From positions 230,265 through 294,264 of the forward strand of contig NW_019217919.1 of assembly GCF_002571385.2 (NCBI RefSeq): a DNA stretch of 64,000 bases, read 5' to 3'. Position 1 is the stretch's first letter. Each line of letters starts with the position of its first letter. The position numbers and the translations under genes are program-made. This stretch comes from Stylophora pistillata. Its lineage: Eukaryota. Positions 62,968-64,000 of this stretch are shown here, piece after piece. The notes under the pieces were generated by a model. It saw only the letters and a list, made by a program, of their open reading frames with translations. It did not search any database and had not been told where the DNA came from.

Positions 62968-64000
62968 NNNNNNNNNNNNNNNNNNNNNNNNNNNNNNNNN
63001 NNNNNNNNNNNNNNNNNNNNNNNNNNNNNNNNNNNNNNNNNNNNNNNNNNNNNNNNNNNNNNNNNNNNNNNNNNNNNNNNNNNNNNNNNNNNNNNNNNNN
63101 NNNNNNNNNNNNNNNNNNNNNNNNNNNNNNNNNNNNNNNNNNNNNNNNNNNNNNNNNNNNNNNNNNNNNNNNNNNNNNNNNNNNNNNNNNNNNNNNNNNN
63201 NNNNNNNNNNNNNNNNNNNNNNNNNNNNNNNNNNNNNNNNNNNNNNNNNNNNNNNNNNNNNNNNNNNNNNNNNNNNNNNNNNNNNNNNNNNNNNNNNNNN
63301 NNNNNNNNNNNNNNNNNNNNNNNNNNNNNNNNNNNNNNNNNNNNNNNNNNNNNNNNNNNNNNNNNNNNNNNNNNNNNNNNNNNNNNNNNNNNNNNNNNNN
63401 NNNNNNNNNNNNNNNNNNNNNNNNNNNNNNNNNNNNNNNNNNNNNNNNNNNNNNNNNNNNNNNNNNNNNNNNNNNNNNNNNNNNNNNNNNNNNNNNGTTT
63501 TTTGTGTGTGTTGTATTCCTCTTACACACACTTTATGGGAGCAGTTTGATGCTCAGATAAGACTGTACAAAATTTTGAAAACTAGAAGCCAAAAAGACTA
63601 GAAAATGAAATAATAGAAGAATAGTAAATCCCTTATTTGATGGTTTAACATATGATATAAGAGGACATTTGGCAAGTTGGGTTGTATTTTTCCCAAGTCC
63701 AGAGGGGCAATGAAAATACGAACAACTTGCAAAATTTCTTGGCATGTGATAAATTGAGCCATTAAATAAGGTGTATAGATTACACAGAACATGAATTATG
63801 TAAATGTTGTTGTGTAAGTTGAATTTCAGACCAAAATGATTCCAAACTAGTTTGAGAAATTTTTTTACTTCAAAAGTCCTTTGAAACTAGTTTGAACTCA
63901 TTTTAGCCTGGAGACATTTTAATCTGTGACTCAAATACTTGTAAATGTTGTTTGGCTATATAAGAGTACTGATCTGCTAATTTTTGTTAAAAGCCAGGTT

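Overview
Eukaryotic, AT-rich, intron-containing animal DNA with four N gaps. The repeat landscape and gene set suggest a cnidarian, most likely a stony coral (inference). Reconstructed genes: PRELID3/SLMO (-, 3' end outside the window) head-to-head with a complete 16-exon NELFCD/TH1L (+); an intronless 564-aa orphan-like ORF nested antisense in NELFCD intron 13; an intronless class-A GPCR (-); a GH9 cellulase pseudogene plus a second GH9 fragment (-); NCOA5 (+), whose last exon has an in-frame TAG followed by 359 further open codons; a 7-exon fungal-type Cwc2/Cwf2 splicing-factor gene with an N-terminal WW domain (-); single-exon BBS10 (-) head-to-head with a partial RUN-domain gene (+). Between and within these genes are LINE, Penelope, SINE and MITE remnants, including two intact-looking minimal hammerhead ribozymes. 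The strongest leads are the stop-gated RG-rich tail of NCOA5, the WW-Cwc2 gene and the nested antisense gene. All exon coordinates were read by hand from GT/AG sites and checked for phase.
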